Source of the DNA: Octopus sinensis
Taxonomy: Eukaryota
NCBI RefSeq assembly: GCF_006345805.1
Contig: NC_043009.1
Coordinates: forward strand, 47,802,001-47,866,000
DNA: 64,000 nucleotides
Direction of reading: 5' to 3'
A program made the position numbers and the translations under genes. Under the pieces are notes generated by a model. That model ran no database searches. It worked only from the letters and a program-made list of their open reading frames with translations, and had not been told where the DNA came from. Positions 37,645 through 50,240 of this stretch are shown here, piece by piece (position 1 is the stretch's first letter; each line of letters opens with the position of its first letter).

Positions 37645-37850
37645 TGCTCTATGCACAAGGCCCGAAATTTTAGGAGAGGGCGGGGCAGTCAATTTTGACT
37701 CTTGTACACAACTGGCACTTAATTCTTCAACCCCAAAAGAATGAAAGGCAAAGTTGACCTCAGGGGAATTTGAACTCAGAACACAAAGACAGATGAAATA
37801 CCGCTAAGTATTTCGCCTGGCATGCTAACATTTCTGCCAGTTAACCGCCT
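37645..37850 (-). mobile_element. SINE B
   Basis: B core and head. Confidence 0.8.
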
Positions 37851-38028
37851 TATATATATTTATATATATTGAAACATGAATGTGTGAATAAAGCCATAAA
37901 GAAACGAAAAAATCTATAATAATGAATGGCCAAGAAGAAAAGGCATCGATAATTATAAGGTGTGGCATGAGACTGCACACCCTATGATTAGTAATGGACT
38001 GCAGGCAAATTTCCTTTGATCAACTTAC

Positions 38029-38120
38029 CTGATAGGAGAGAAATAAATACTCAGTCAAGAGTTGATTTAATTGGATGTTCATGTATAGAGTGATGGTGCT
38101 CAAAATGTACGGATAAAAAC
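38029..38120 (-). CDS. candidate exon (92 nt) or recursive splice site at its 3' edge
   Basis: CAG|GTAAGT donor; possible TTAAG| acceptor; one open frame FYPYILSTITLYMNIQLNQLLTEYLFLSYQ. Confidence 0.3.
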
Positions 38121-38158
38121 CTTAATATACAAACAAACATGCACAAACATGCACACAC

Positions 38159-38380
38159 ATGAGTGGGTGCTGAAAAGTTACTGGCTTTAAGGGTATCATG
38201 AAAGGCCTAGTTGGAGGCAGAACCTTCCTAGTTCCTTTTTACAGGGCTTAGAAAAACTAAAGGACTACTGCAATAAGTGTGTGAATCAGAGAGAGGAATA
38301 TGTTGAATGAAAGCATAATTAACTGATCCTTCTGTATTTTCTTTTACCCAAAACCAGGAACCTTTCAGGACCCCCTTATA
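38159..38380 (+). mobile_element. mariner-derived MITE (internal deletion derivative)
   Basis: terminal repeats GAGTGGGTGCTGAAAAGTT..CTGG / CCAGGAACCTTTCAGGACCCCCTTA; internal KDYCNKCVNQREEYVE* resembles the mariner transposase C-terminus. Confidence 0.8.
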
Positions 38381-40229
38381 TGTACTCTCTCTCTCACACA
38401 CACATGTACATTCTTAAAGTTTTTAATTTGCAAACATATATATTTCTGGAGGAGTTTCTTACCAAACTTTCTCAGAAAATACTTCAGTTCCAAACAGTTG
38501 TTAACTATCTAAAAAGCAAAAGTGAGACCCCTACTAGAATACTGTTCCCACATTTGGGACAGTGTTGCTAATCACATACAAACATGATACACACACACAC
38601 ATGCAAATCATACATCCAAAACAGCCATCCCTCACTGACTTGTATGGAGTAGCTCATCAACGTTCTAGTCACAGGCATTCTCTGTCGCTCTCTACTATTT
38701 CTCATCTACTGCTATTAATAGTGACCTCTGCTCTTCAAACTGGCAAGTTTCATTCCATTTCTACAGAGACCCACCAGTCTCACTCATCTCTCCTCCTCAC
38801 ATCACCCATATTATTTTTGCCCCACCCCTCCTCCAGGCCACTCACTAACCATTATGTCTAATCCTTCCTTCTTTTCTTCCTAAATAGTCTTTCTAAAGTT
38901 AACATATTGTCATCATCATCATCAATATTTTTCATGTTGGCATGGCTTGGACAGTTTAACAGGAGCTGGCCAGCCAGAGAGCTGTACCAGGCTCCAATGG
39001 CCTGTTCTAACCTGGTTTCTACCACCGGGTGCTCTTCCTAATGCCAATTTACAGAGTGTGCTGGGTGTATTTTACATGGTACTAGCATACTGCTCATTAT
39101 TTCCTGCAATTGTCAACTCGTAGTGTTTCAAGAGGAACATCAACTGACTCACTCTTATGGTCTCAGAGAACCTGTAAAAATCCAGCTGTAGAAACACTGC
39201 CAGATCAGACTGGAGTCTGGTGCAGCCTCCTGGCTTCCCAGACCCAGTCAAACCGTCCAACCCATGCTAGCATGGAAAATGGACGTTAAACGACGATGAT
39301 GATGATGACAGCTCTTTCCTCCACATGAAACCATCAATGCCATGTAAACAGAAGAATTTAATTTCAGTATCACACATTCATTTTCTCTTTCACTTGCCTT
39401 TTTTAATACCTTTTGTTCTCTTTGATAAAGGGTACCATCTAAAAAGTCAGACACTCTTCTGTTTCTGCCTTTGGTGTATTTATCTTCATTTTACACTCTT
39501 TTGATTGTTTTCTTGCTTTATGTTTCTATGCTTTCTCAGGTTCATGCTTGCACCAGTCTGACTCAATGTATTAATTGCTTGGATGTCTCTACTTATCTCA
39601 TAAGCATATTCATGCTGGATAATTTTCATCGCTTTCTTTCTTTTTTCCTTCTGCCTTTCTTTCTTCCCCCCACCTCTCCCTTCATATATAATACTACAAT
39701 AGATGAATGATAGTGTTCATTTGTTAAACTTACTGACTGGCTAATCAATTGTACACAGCAGGTCTGACAGCACAGAGTAATGAGAGATTGTCTCTCCAGA
39801 CAGAACAAATATCACACAATATTTCTATTGAGAAGTACTAGATAACAGATGTCTCTGTGTCTTTTGGAATTTAGGAGTTATCTCCTTTATCATTCTTGAC
39901 CAGAATTAGTCAAGCTAATGATTGTTCTTTTCATTACACCTCTTTATTTTAATCAAACAATTTGTTAAGGTTTCACTACAGTAAGTATGTTAGCCCTACT
40001 TAACAATGGCATTTAAATATTTGCCTTATTTCATCACAGAAATAAATCTGTAGTAGTCTTATGTTTTATCTTGGAGTGTAACAGGTCTTGTAAGAAATTA
40101 GTTATAAGAACTGACTTAATTAATCATTCAGGTTCTTAAAAAGAAAAAAAAAATTCACTTATTCACTTTAAGCTAATTAACTCCAATTATAGTCAAGTCG
40201 TCTTTTTTTCTTTTCTTTTTTGAAATCAG

Positions 40230-40279
40230 ACAATGGTGACTATACAGATGTCTTAGACATTAAACAAACTCCATTCTAG
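40230..40279 (+). CDS. weak candidate terminal exon (DNGDYTDVLDIKQTPF*)
   Basis: 20-nt pyrimidine tract plus ATCAG acceptor; AT-rich downstream sequence with AATAAA; no homology recognised. Confidence 0.2.
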
Positions 40280-41208
40280 TTAATAATCTTTACATTTGTC
40301 TGAGCTTTTCTGTGAAAATTCATGTTTTCCAAAACAATACAGTTAAATAAAATAACATTTTAAACACCTAGCATATTTTAGCCAACATCTTTTTTTGATA
40401 TTTATGCTAAATGGTTCACTTGATTCTAAAACATTCTTAAGAGTCTAGTTGCATTCAAATTTGGCCATTTTCTATTCTAAGGTAAAAATGGTCATTATTG
40501 CTGCATTTAGTTATTTATTTTTCTATCATTTCTAACTCCATTAATAATTTACATTCTTCATCCCAGCAGTCTATAACGTTATTTACTTTAGATGTTAGTC
40601 TCTCAATTTTAAAATAATTGCTTTTTACTTAATTATTTTTTCCATTATTTGTTTATTCATCTTTATATTTCTTTTCTTTCATTATTATTACACTACTACA
40701 ATGCAGTAATATATTCAAGAACACAGATTTCTCAAAAGCCATCTTGGAACTATCTTTGAAGAACAACAATAGCAAAAACATCTCATCTCTTTCTCAATTA
40801 GCATCATGCTACCAGCGATTAAATGTAAATATTTCTTTCTCCTTCAGTTTCATTCAATAACTTGATCCACTTGTAAACCTTTTAGACATTTGGAATCATC
40901 CAAGAATGGAATCAATAAATTCTACAACTTCCACCGTGTTATGTTATTTATATTCCTTAATGTATTCATGGATACTAGAGACTAAAAATACAAAAAAAAA
41001 CAAAAAAAAATGTTTTCAGATTGAGTGAGATTTACTCTAATGTCCTCCAAGGTTCTTTAAGATCTGCTCCTACTCTAAAACTTCCCATTAACTTACAAAT
41101 CTTTTTCAATCTCATTTCAAATCCCTTTCTGCATTTGTATTTCAGAAAACAATTTGCAAGTAATATTCATGAACATTTTTTCAGTTAATTTCCATTTAGC
41201 ATTCTTAG

Positions 41209-41292
41209 ATTTAATTGAGAAATTTGATACAATAGATTTATTGGAGAAATATAACCAAGAAAGAACTGTGCACAGTTTAATGGAAAAAGTAG
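41209..41292 (+). CDS. weak candidate symmetric exon (84 nt; LIEKFDTIDLLEKYNQERTVHSLMEKV)
   Basis: TTCTTAG| acceptor, TAG|GTGTGT donor, open frame, phase 1-1. Confidence 0.2.
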
Positions 41293-41409
41293 GTGTGTCT
41301 CCTTCATGTTATTCACTTAAGGGTTTTTTTTTTTTTAACTTGCAGAGTCTGGAGGAAGGGGTAAGCAGTGCCCATAGCCTTCACAGCCCCTCCTAGATCA
41401 GTGAGGTGA

Positions 41410-42725
41410 ATATTATTAATATTCCACTCGAACTATTGCAAATCAACAACTGCAGTAAAGACTTGAGCAGAGCTGAAATTCCAGAAGGCTAATGTCCTGA
41501 GGAGGAAGAACTAAGTGTTGTGGATAATGTGAGGTCTGGGAGATTGAACACAACAGGGGTGGTGAAAGGGCAAGAGATGAGTGGGTTAGGAATGCCTGAG
41601 TAGAGGTGGCATGAATCTCGTCAGCTCCTAAAATCAGAGGCCATTATAGTAGTGGTAGAAAAGGCAGGAAGAGGAAACCACCAAAGAGGCTGGAGCATGT
41701 CTGTGAGTGACTTCATGTCAACCAGTCAGAGGTTCTTTTCTGGAAGTATTTAGGATGCCTGAATGTATAGATGAAGCACTGGTGCAGAGGTAGGAGCAAT
41801 ACTTCATTGTGAGCCACATCCAAGCGTTGTAGAATATCAATAATTGTTGGGACTTAAAGTTCCTTCTTGTCTTGGAAAGAAGAACTAGTCATTGGGATAT
41901 GGTCCCAGGTATGACCAATATTTGAAGTAATTGTGCACTCTTCATAATCAAGGGTTAAATGGTGCAGTGATATTTATCTCATAGAATCAGTGTTTGTGTT
42001 TTCTTGTTGAAAGAGACAAAACCGACATAAACCCATTAGGGGATGCTTGTCAGGTTTTTAATCAAGGAGTCAGTGTATGTTTGACATGTGAAATAAAGGC
42101 TGCATGTGGACATGCATGGTTAGAGAAGCTTAGGGAAGAATGAAGGGTAGTACCATCATTATAAGAGTCAGCATTGTTAGTCATGGTCATAAGTAAGTCA
42201 TTGATGTATGAAAAGAAGAGAGTAAGGATAGAACTGACTCTGTGGCACACAAGAATCACTAGAATGAGACATAGAAAGAGCTCCTTCAATAAACACCACA
42301 ATAGTGTAATCTAATAGGAAGTTCCTAAGAAGATTAGAAATAGATGAAGCTTATAGGCAAGCTACTTTGATTTCAGACATAGTCAAAACTTGTTGAGAGC
42401 AACAACAATGCTTCACTGAATTCCTCTAAGACAAGAGCACATTAGCAGGTGAGATAGGAGGGTGGGTCATAAATGGATCTGGTATTTTTGGAGACGGTAA
42501 TGTTGTAATTAAAAGGAAGGAGAATATGTTACCAGTGGATTTGACCCTACAGAACTTGTACTGGTGGTCATTAAGAAAAGAAGAACAGGTCACCAAAAGA
42601 TCTGGTTTTAAAGAACCCATAACAGTGTTTATTAAGGAAAGGAGAGAAGGTCACCAATGGATCTGGCTTTATGGAAACTATACCGGTGGTCATTAAGAAA
42701 GAGAGTAGGTTACCAATGTGTCTTG
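41410..42725 (-). mobile_element. degraded CR1/L2-group LINE ORF2 (RT domain to C-terminus)
   Basis: DHQYKFCRVKSTGN, LFFSYINDL..ADSYNDGTTLHSS and FFPRT/WN-like remnants; many stops and frameshifts. Confidence 0.8.
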
Positions 42726-42901
42726 TAAGATATTTTACAAATACCTTATAACTTTACTTCTTGAAACAATTTATGATCATAGTTTCTTTAAATATCAAAG
42801 AAGCATTAATTTTGTTTGGCCATTTTATTGGTGATTTTTTTTTTTTTACATTCCTTTCTCCATGTTACTTTGGTTTCGAAGATTCCAAGAATCTGAATGT
42901 T

Positions 42902-42948
42902 TATACATAAAATGTTGAAGCCAATGACTTTACAGGTAACTGCATCAT

Positions 42949-42985
<37 letters not shown>

Positions 42986-43030
42986 ATGCAGCTACCTGTA
43001 AAATCATTGGCTTCCAACATTTTATATATA
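42902..43030. other. 44/45-bp inverted repeat enclosing a 40-nt (CA)(TA) microsatellite
   Basis: arms 42902-42945 and 42986-43030 differ by 3 transitions and 1 indel. Confidence 0.95.
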
Positions 43031-43434
43031 TTTTGCCATCAATCAACTCAACTGTGATATGGTTTCAATATTTTAGCTAGACTGCCCAAGGATATAACAT
43101 GTTATTTGCCTCAAAGCACAATTCAATCAGAAAAGCATACACCATGCTAGTTATGTGCGTATGTTTATATTATGTTGAGGTGGGGAATGGAAAAATGTAG
43201 AAAGACATCATAATCATGGCAGAGTTACGTGTAGGTCTTCTTTGCTTGTCTTCTATAAAAGTCATGAATCTATTCCGTCGCTATGCAGTATTACTAACAA
43301 CTGAGTAATGTTAACAGTTACTAACCAAAACATTTTTTGTTATCTTTTAACTTTAACTTGTTTCACATATTGGACTGTGGCCATGCTGGTGCACCACCTT
43401 GAAGAATTTTAGCTAAACAAATCACCTCCAATGC

Positions 43435-43809
43435 TTATTAGCTCCGCCTTAGCAAAGGCAGAGGTATTGTTTTCAGTTGTGTTTGTTCGTTTGTTTGTTT
43501 GTCTGTGGACAAGATATCTTAAGAATCACTGGATAGATTTGGATGAAACTTTCAGGAATGTTTGGCCTCGTGACTGGCACAAACTGATGAGATTTTGGGA
43601 TCTATCCAGTACTTGACAAGGATTCTGGATTATTTTTTCCTGTTTTTTTACTTAATTTTTAAGAGTGGTCGGGTTCATTTTTAGTATTCTCGTTTGTGAG
43701 AGCAGTCAAGTTTATTTCAGATATTCTCATTTTAAAAATCATCTCTAGCTAATCGTTGAGAGGTTTTTCCTTGGCAGAAGTTTGTGCTCTCTGTGTGTGG
43801 CTCTTGTTA
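43435..43809 (+). mobile_element. HINE/DINE-1-like non-autonomous Helentron
   Basis: TTATTAGCTCCGCC start, (GTTT)n, GATGAAACTT, subterminal CCTTGGCAGAAG and GCTCTCTG..GCTC end. Confidence 0.75.
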
Positions 43810-43929
43810 TTTTTAAGTTAGGTTCTTATTCTATTGGTGTATTTTGCTGAACTACTAATTTACAGGGACATAATCAAACCAACACCAGTTGTCAAGTACT
43901 TGTAGGGGACAAACACAAATATACACACA

Positions 43930-44147
43930 TGTGAAGGGGTGCTGAAAAGTTCCTGGTTTGGGGTAAAAGAAAATACAGAAAGATCAGTTAATTATGATTT
44001 TATTCAACATATTCCCCTCAAATTCACACACTTATAACAGTGGTCCTTCAGTTTTTCTAAATCCTGTAAAAGAACTCAGAAGTTTGGGCCCCCAACTAGG
44101 CCTTTCATGGTACCCTTAAAACCAGGAACTTTACAGCACACCCTCAT
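43930..44147 (-). mobile_element. mariner-derived MITE, second copy
   Basis: reverse-complement match to 38159-38380 with both terminal repeats. Confidence 0.8.
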
Positions 44148-45099
44148 GAGCTACTTACAGTTTCTGCTCATTGAATCTACTCATAAGGCTTTAGTTAGCC
44201 CAAGGCTGTAGTAAAAGACACTTGCCTAAGGTGTCACACATCATACATTGGGACTGAACCTAAAACCATGCGGTTGAGAAGCAAACATTTTACCACACAG
44301 CCACACCTTTCTGCCTATGAACAGCTATGCCTGCTCCTGTGAATGGTTAAGATTGTTAATTTTTTTTTTCCTTAAATAAGTTAGAGAAAAGAGTATGACC
44401 CACTGACTTTGAGGCTCTTCACCAATTCAACTAGGAAAGGTCAATGCAGTTGATATAATCTAAAATTTATGTAACAAATCATAATGAACAATGGCAAACA
44501 CAAAGCAGTGTGCTTAGCATCATCACTGGACACACACTAAAGTGACAAAAGAACTTTATGTGGTTGCCAGACTTCTAGGAAACAGCAGCCAAATCTATCT
44601 CAAATCATAACCTACAATCTTGAAAATAAGACCCATTGAAGATAATGTAATCAGAGGTAAAAAAAATACTTGAAAGAAGAAGGGACAGTCATGGCTGGAA
44701 TGCATCTGACCATAGGTCGACGCAATGAGAATCAACTTGGAACAGAACAAAATCAACAGCAGGTTTAACAAGACAAAAGCCTTACACAACAAAACAAAGA
44801 TATAAAACTGAATGACCAGGCACAGTTTGTTTCAACCCTTGCAATCCATTTGCTTAATCAGCTTTAATCCTTTAGCATTTAAACTGGCCATATCCAACCA
44901 AAACGTTCTACCTGTTTTATGATCAAACTAGCCAGATTTGGCCTTTCACACTACAATATCATTCTGAAAATTAACACTTATCTCTGCAAAATCTCAAAGC
45001 TACAAAATGATTTATGATTGATACAAAATAATGAGAATAAATAATCATTACTCCTGAGAGAATGTGAATACTAAAAGGCAAAACAAATAGGTATGTCTG

Positions 45100-45440
45100 C
45101 AACACTCCAAGAACACTGGTACTCCATTGGCTACAATGACGAGGGTTCCATTTGATCCAATCAACGAAACAGCCTGCTCCTGAAATCAACATGCAAGTGG
45201 CTGAGCATTCCACAGACATGTGTACCCTTAACATAGTTCTCAGGGAGATTCAGCGTGACACAGGGCGTGACAAGTCTAGTCCTTTGAAATACGGGTTCTA
45301 TTCATTTTTGCCAGTTGAGAGAACTGGAGCAACATAAAATAAAGTGTCTTGTTCAAGGATACAATGTACCACCGGGAATTGAACTCACAACCTCACAATC
45401 ATGACTTGAATACCCTAACCACTAACTAAGTCATATGCCT
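45100..45440 (-). mobile_element. SINE D2
   Basis: reverse-orientation relative of 14080-14390. Confidence 0.8.
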
Positions 45441-47129
45441 TCATCAAGAACACTACAACAACAGCATCCTAAGAACACTGTTTCTTCAGCTCGATAAAGG
45501 AAAATATCAAAACAACACATACACACAAAAATAGCAGCAACATCCATAGTGTTATTAGCCTTAAATATGTATAAGGATGCTCCCCTCCTATAAAAAGTGC
45601 AGAAAAGCAACAGCTGTTATATTCAGACTGAGCTCACTTTGCCTGTATTCATTATCATCACGATAATAATGATAATCTACAGACAAACACAAATAAACTG
45701 GACAATGAGGATAGTACAGCATTCTCAGGCTGTTTACACTGCACAGTATACAACCATCTACAGCACATCAGAGTGTGCAGTATGGTCTTTGACTAGACCT
45801 CCATATACACAACCTGAAGCTGTGCAGCTGTGGATGGGTTGCACTTAATCATTCTACTTAGATTCTATAGATCAGCTTGATCAGAGATAGCTTCGAACTA
45901 CAGATCAACAACAATCAATAAAAACAGCATTAAGAATAGTCAACAAAGCTTTGTATAATTTCTCTAGTAATCCTATGACCAGTTCTTCAGCATGTTCTTC
46001 TACAGAGAGAAGCTCTTACATTGAGAAAGACTATCTATTGATTGGTTATATGTAAACGCAATTTGTTTATATGAAAACAGGTTGTTTTCCTTTATATTTA
46101 ATTCAGGCTCCAAATATTGAATTAATATATATATATATGTGTGTGTATATATGTATACTACAGCCTGACGTCTCTATTAGATCAACACACTTTCCACTGT
46201 CTATATGTCTTGTATTTGTACTGAGATGCTACTGAACCATGTTTGTATGGCTGTGTATGTATTGATACTTGTCAGTGTATGTATCTGTTAGTATACAAAT
46301 GTTTTTTCCTCTAAGTACATGAGAGTAATTACGTGTAAATAGAGTGTGTATAAATAGCAATCTATCTACGAGTGTATAGACATGTATCTGTGTGACTATA
46401 CGTATCAGTGTGTTAATGACTGTTTATTTTCTCAGCATCAGTTTGGACAGCTTTAATGAAGAGATTAAATATTTGCAGGTTGTCTGTCTTTTAAGACATT
46501 ACAGCTGCTACATTTTACATATAGCTTACACTATGGGACATTTCCCCCCTCCACCCCCATCAACTGTCGATTTAAGATCACAACAATTTTAGCACCTTCG
46601 ACAATATTGATCACTCCAGCAATGCCAAACAGCACTGAGTCTACCAAGAAATGCCTGGATTGTTTTGGTCTACACTTTTAGATTTTGTTCCATTTTCTTT
46701 TTTTTTGTTTACTCTGTTATTCATGAAGCCACCATGCAACACAGTTGGATACATACTACAACACTCTCAAAATATAGAAAGTAGCTGTCATTTTCCACAA
46801 TGCAATGAGGAAGTTAAAATAACAATACAGAATTACCCCACCCATTATTTTAGTAATTATGGTTTTTAAACACTGTTTCAAATAACTTATCTTATATTCT
46901 TATGTCTCCCCCCCCCCCACTTTCATTACTAACCCGGCCAAAACCGCCTCTGGCTCTGTAGTACAAATGTCTTGTTTTCTTAAGTTTCGAATTAAAATCT
47001 TGCACCAAACCTTAGTCACAATTTATGTTACTAACACTAGCTTAATGGTAACTGAGTTATTTTACTAAATTCTTTGTTATATTTAAAATAATTGAAAGAA
47101 ACACAGAGCATCTCAAAATAAATACGGTA

Positions 47130-47375
47130 ATCATCATCATCATCATCATCATCATTTAGCGTCCGTTTTCCATGCTAGCATGGGTTGGATGGTTCAACTG
47201 GGGTCTGTGAAGCTGGAAGGCTTCATCAGGCCCAGTCAGATCTGGCAGTGTTTCTACGGCTGGATGCCCTTCCTAACGCCAACCACTCCGTGAGTGTAGT
47301 GGGTGCTTTTTACGTGCCACCCGCACAGGTGCCAGACAGAGCTGGCAAACGGCCACGAACAGATGGTGCTTTTAC
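47130..47375 (-). mobile_element. SINE C, young; abuts a truncated piggyBac-type MITE (46920-47128)
   Basis: (CAT)n plus family C body. Confidence 0.85.
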
Positions 47376-49580
47376 ACCAGTAACTGTTAGACAGAGAGAT
47401 TGGTCTGAACATCATTGGTCACCTAGATCAATGATGCAGGTATGTTTATATGGTTAAGAAGTTAGTTTTGGAGTCATATAGTTTCAGCTTTGTCTCACTG
47501 CATGGAACCTTAGGAAACTGTAATTATCCTCATCATCGTTGTCATCATTATTTTCATCGTCAATATTGTCATCATTTCATGTCCACTTTCTATGTTAGCA
47601 TGGGTCATTAGCTATTTTCTTAGATGGGTTGGAGAACTTCATCTACTAAGTCTTGTTTTTAGTTTTGTATCTATGACCGTATGCCCTTCCTAACACCAAC
47701 CACTTTGCAGAGGGTCTTGGGTGCATTGTTTGAGGCATCAGCACTGGAAAGGTGTAATGTGTTTGATAGAACTAAAGGAGTCTCTTGACCCTACACTTAA
47801 CAGAGTCCACCGGGTACTTAATTTTATTATAACATCAGCACTAGAAAGGATAGGGGTGAAAGAATGATGGATGGCAAGTGGGGGTGAATGATAGAAATCA
47901 ATATCAAATGATGAGGGAGCAAAAATACATGTGTATTGGTTGAAGTCTTTTAAGTAGTATGCCTCAATCCTGCGAGTGGAACCTGGTGGACAAAACCTGT
48001 GAAGAAGCCCACTGTGTGTGCGTGTGTGAGTGTGCATGCACACATGTATGTGTGTAAGTGTTTGTGTGTGTGTGCATGCATGTATATGTGTGTGTGTATG
48101 TGTGTGTGTACCTGTAATGTGTGTCTATATCTGGATGTATGAATGTGTGCATGTATGCTTATACCTTTGGTTATTTGTTGGTAAAAGATGTAAACATCAG
48201 CAAAAGAATTGCTTTTTTAAACTAAGTCCATTGAATTACAGAGACATTTTTGCCACTCTTGCCAATCGAAATGCAGTGAACCACTGCCAGGCGATGCTAT
48301 TGTTCATAAATCACATTGCCAAAATAAAGAAAAAAAACTACATGATAATCGATAATTCTGAAGAGAAAAGGAATGGTATTGGGAGAACATTATGAGAAAT
48401 CACTGAGCAGGTGAAATTGCATAGTTTGGACATCTTATGCACCGACAGATGCAGAAATTCCAAAAAGATGAATAACAAAGTCAGCTCTAATAAGATTGAA
48501 AAAGGAAAACAGTTTGGTGCTCCACAATTTCTGTAACCCAGAAAAAAAAAAGTTTCGTTACCTTGAGAAAACAATACAAACTTCAAGTCTGTTCTTTCTA
48601 CTCTTTAATCTAAGATTTAAAAATCTTTTACAGTGATTTAGTCTAAATAAATATCAGAATTACTCTGAATCTGTTCCAGAGAATGTTTGAAGTTAAATCT
48701 TTACATTAGATTAAAATAATGAAAGCAATATTACATTTGGGAAACTTATAAAATCTTGAGTAAAAATGACCAAAGAATGAAAAACAATCATTAATTAATC
48801 CAGTTAAATTCAAACAAATACATGTGTGCATATATGTGTCTTTGCATATAAAGCGCCTAACTTGTCTATGTGTGAGTGAGTATGCTTGCATTCATATGAA
48901 ACAGCAGTGAGGTGGAATCTTACTAGAAGCTATAGTCTCTCTTGAAAGAAATTCATGCAAAAATGTCACTAAATCAATTAAGTAAAACTTAATTAGTCAG
49001 AATCAGAAGCATGAAATGTAATTACAAATCAAAAGACTAGCTAACTACCACATATAGACAGACTCTGCAGAGCTATAACCACACAATAGTTAAACAATTA
49101 GAAAAAACATCAATTGGACTTCATCAATGAAATTAAATTAAATATATTTCAAGCTAATCTGAATACTTTTGTTAGCTATATGGTTAATATGTCTATCTCC
49201 TGATATATATGAAGTCAATTCATAGCCAGCAATAGTTCTAAGGCAATTTAGTACATCACTATTTAACCATAGTTATCAGTAAATGACATGTCAAAAACCA
49301 GGCTGTTTGATCTCCAACTAATTGACAAGGTTGATGTTTTTTAGATTATAGTTTGTAGGTTTTCAGTTTTAATTTATTTTAAATATCTAATCAAATTTGT
49401 GATTTAATTGGTGATGCTGACTTATTAAATGCAATGGTGGTAGAGAAATGCCTACAGCCTCTTTTAGAATACAGAGATGAATGGTATATTTTGTTAAAGT
49501 ACCTTAATAATTACAGAAATATTTGAACTACTGACAGACCAGAGTCATTGAGTTTAGCGTTACTGGCCATAACCACAAAA

Positions 49581-49747
49581 CAGGGCTGTTTTAGCAGCAT
49601 TATAGGCCACCAGACAAATTAATGCACTGGACCCTATATTTATTTATTGATAGCAAACCACAACATACATAGCTTAGAATCTGGCCTATAGGCCTGTGGG
49701 GCCCCTGGGCAACTTGTCCAGCATGCCCATGCCTTAAGATAGCACTG
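49581..49747. mobile_element. hAT-type MITE, degenerate
   Basis: CAGGGCTGTTTTAG / TTAAGATAGCACTG imperfect terminal repeats with GGGGCCCC subterminal motif; TSD not clear. Confidence 0.5.
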
Positions 49748-49765
49748 CTCATAAATTGTGTTAAG

Positions 49766-50240
49766 GGTAAAAGGGTAAAGATCCCCTTTGGTCATGAATG
49801 ACCATGAGATTGCACCTAGAAAGTCACCTTCCAAGGCAGAAGTCTGGGCAAGGTTGTTTATGGAAGACCAGCAATCATCCATGCATACCAGTCTCCCCTC
49901 TCCATGCCACCGATGTGATCCAAACCGATGTGATCCAAGGGAAAGGCAGAGGCCGATACAGCTTGGCACCAGTGACATCGCAATTCATTCCTACAGCTGA
50001 ATGAACTGGAGCAGCCTGAAATAAAGTGTCTTGTTCAAGAACACAACACACAGCCTAGTCTGGCAATCAAACTCGCCACCACATGATTGTATGCCTGTTC
50101 AAATTCTGCCGAGGTCAACTTTGCCTTTCATCCTTTCGGGGGTCGATAAATTAAGTACCAGTTGTGTACTGGGATTGATCTAATCGACTGGCCCCCTCCC
50201 CAAAAATTTCGGGCCTTGTGCCTAGAAGAGAAAAGAATAA
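49766..50240. mobile_element. SINE D (minus, 49766-50090) abutting a headless SINE B (plus, 50095-50240)
   Basis: family D body with GGGTAAA x2 tail; CpG-rich B core. Confidence 0.85.

Larger units (their letters stand above)
43345..44320 (-). mobile_element. SINE A split by two nested DNA elements
   Basis: tail 43345-43430, middle 43810-43930, head 44148-44320. Confidence 0.75.

Noticed and set aside
49383-49485. Protein-like frame LIGDADLLNAMVVEKCLQPLLEYRDEW
   Set aside because: In-frame stop just upstream and no acceptor AG before the segment
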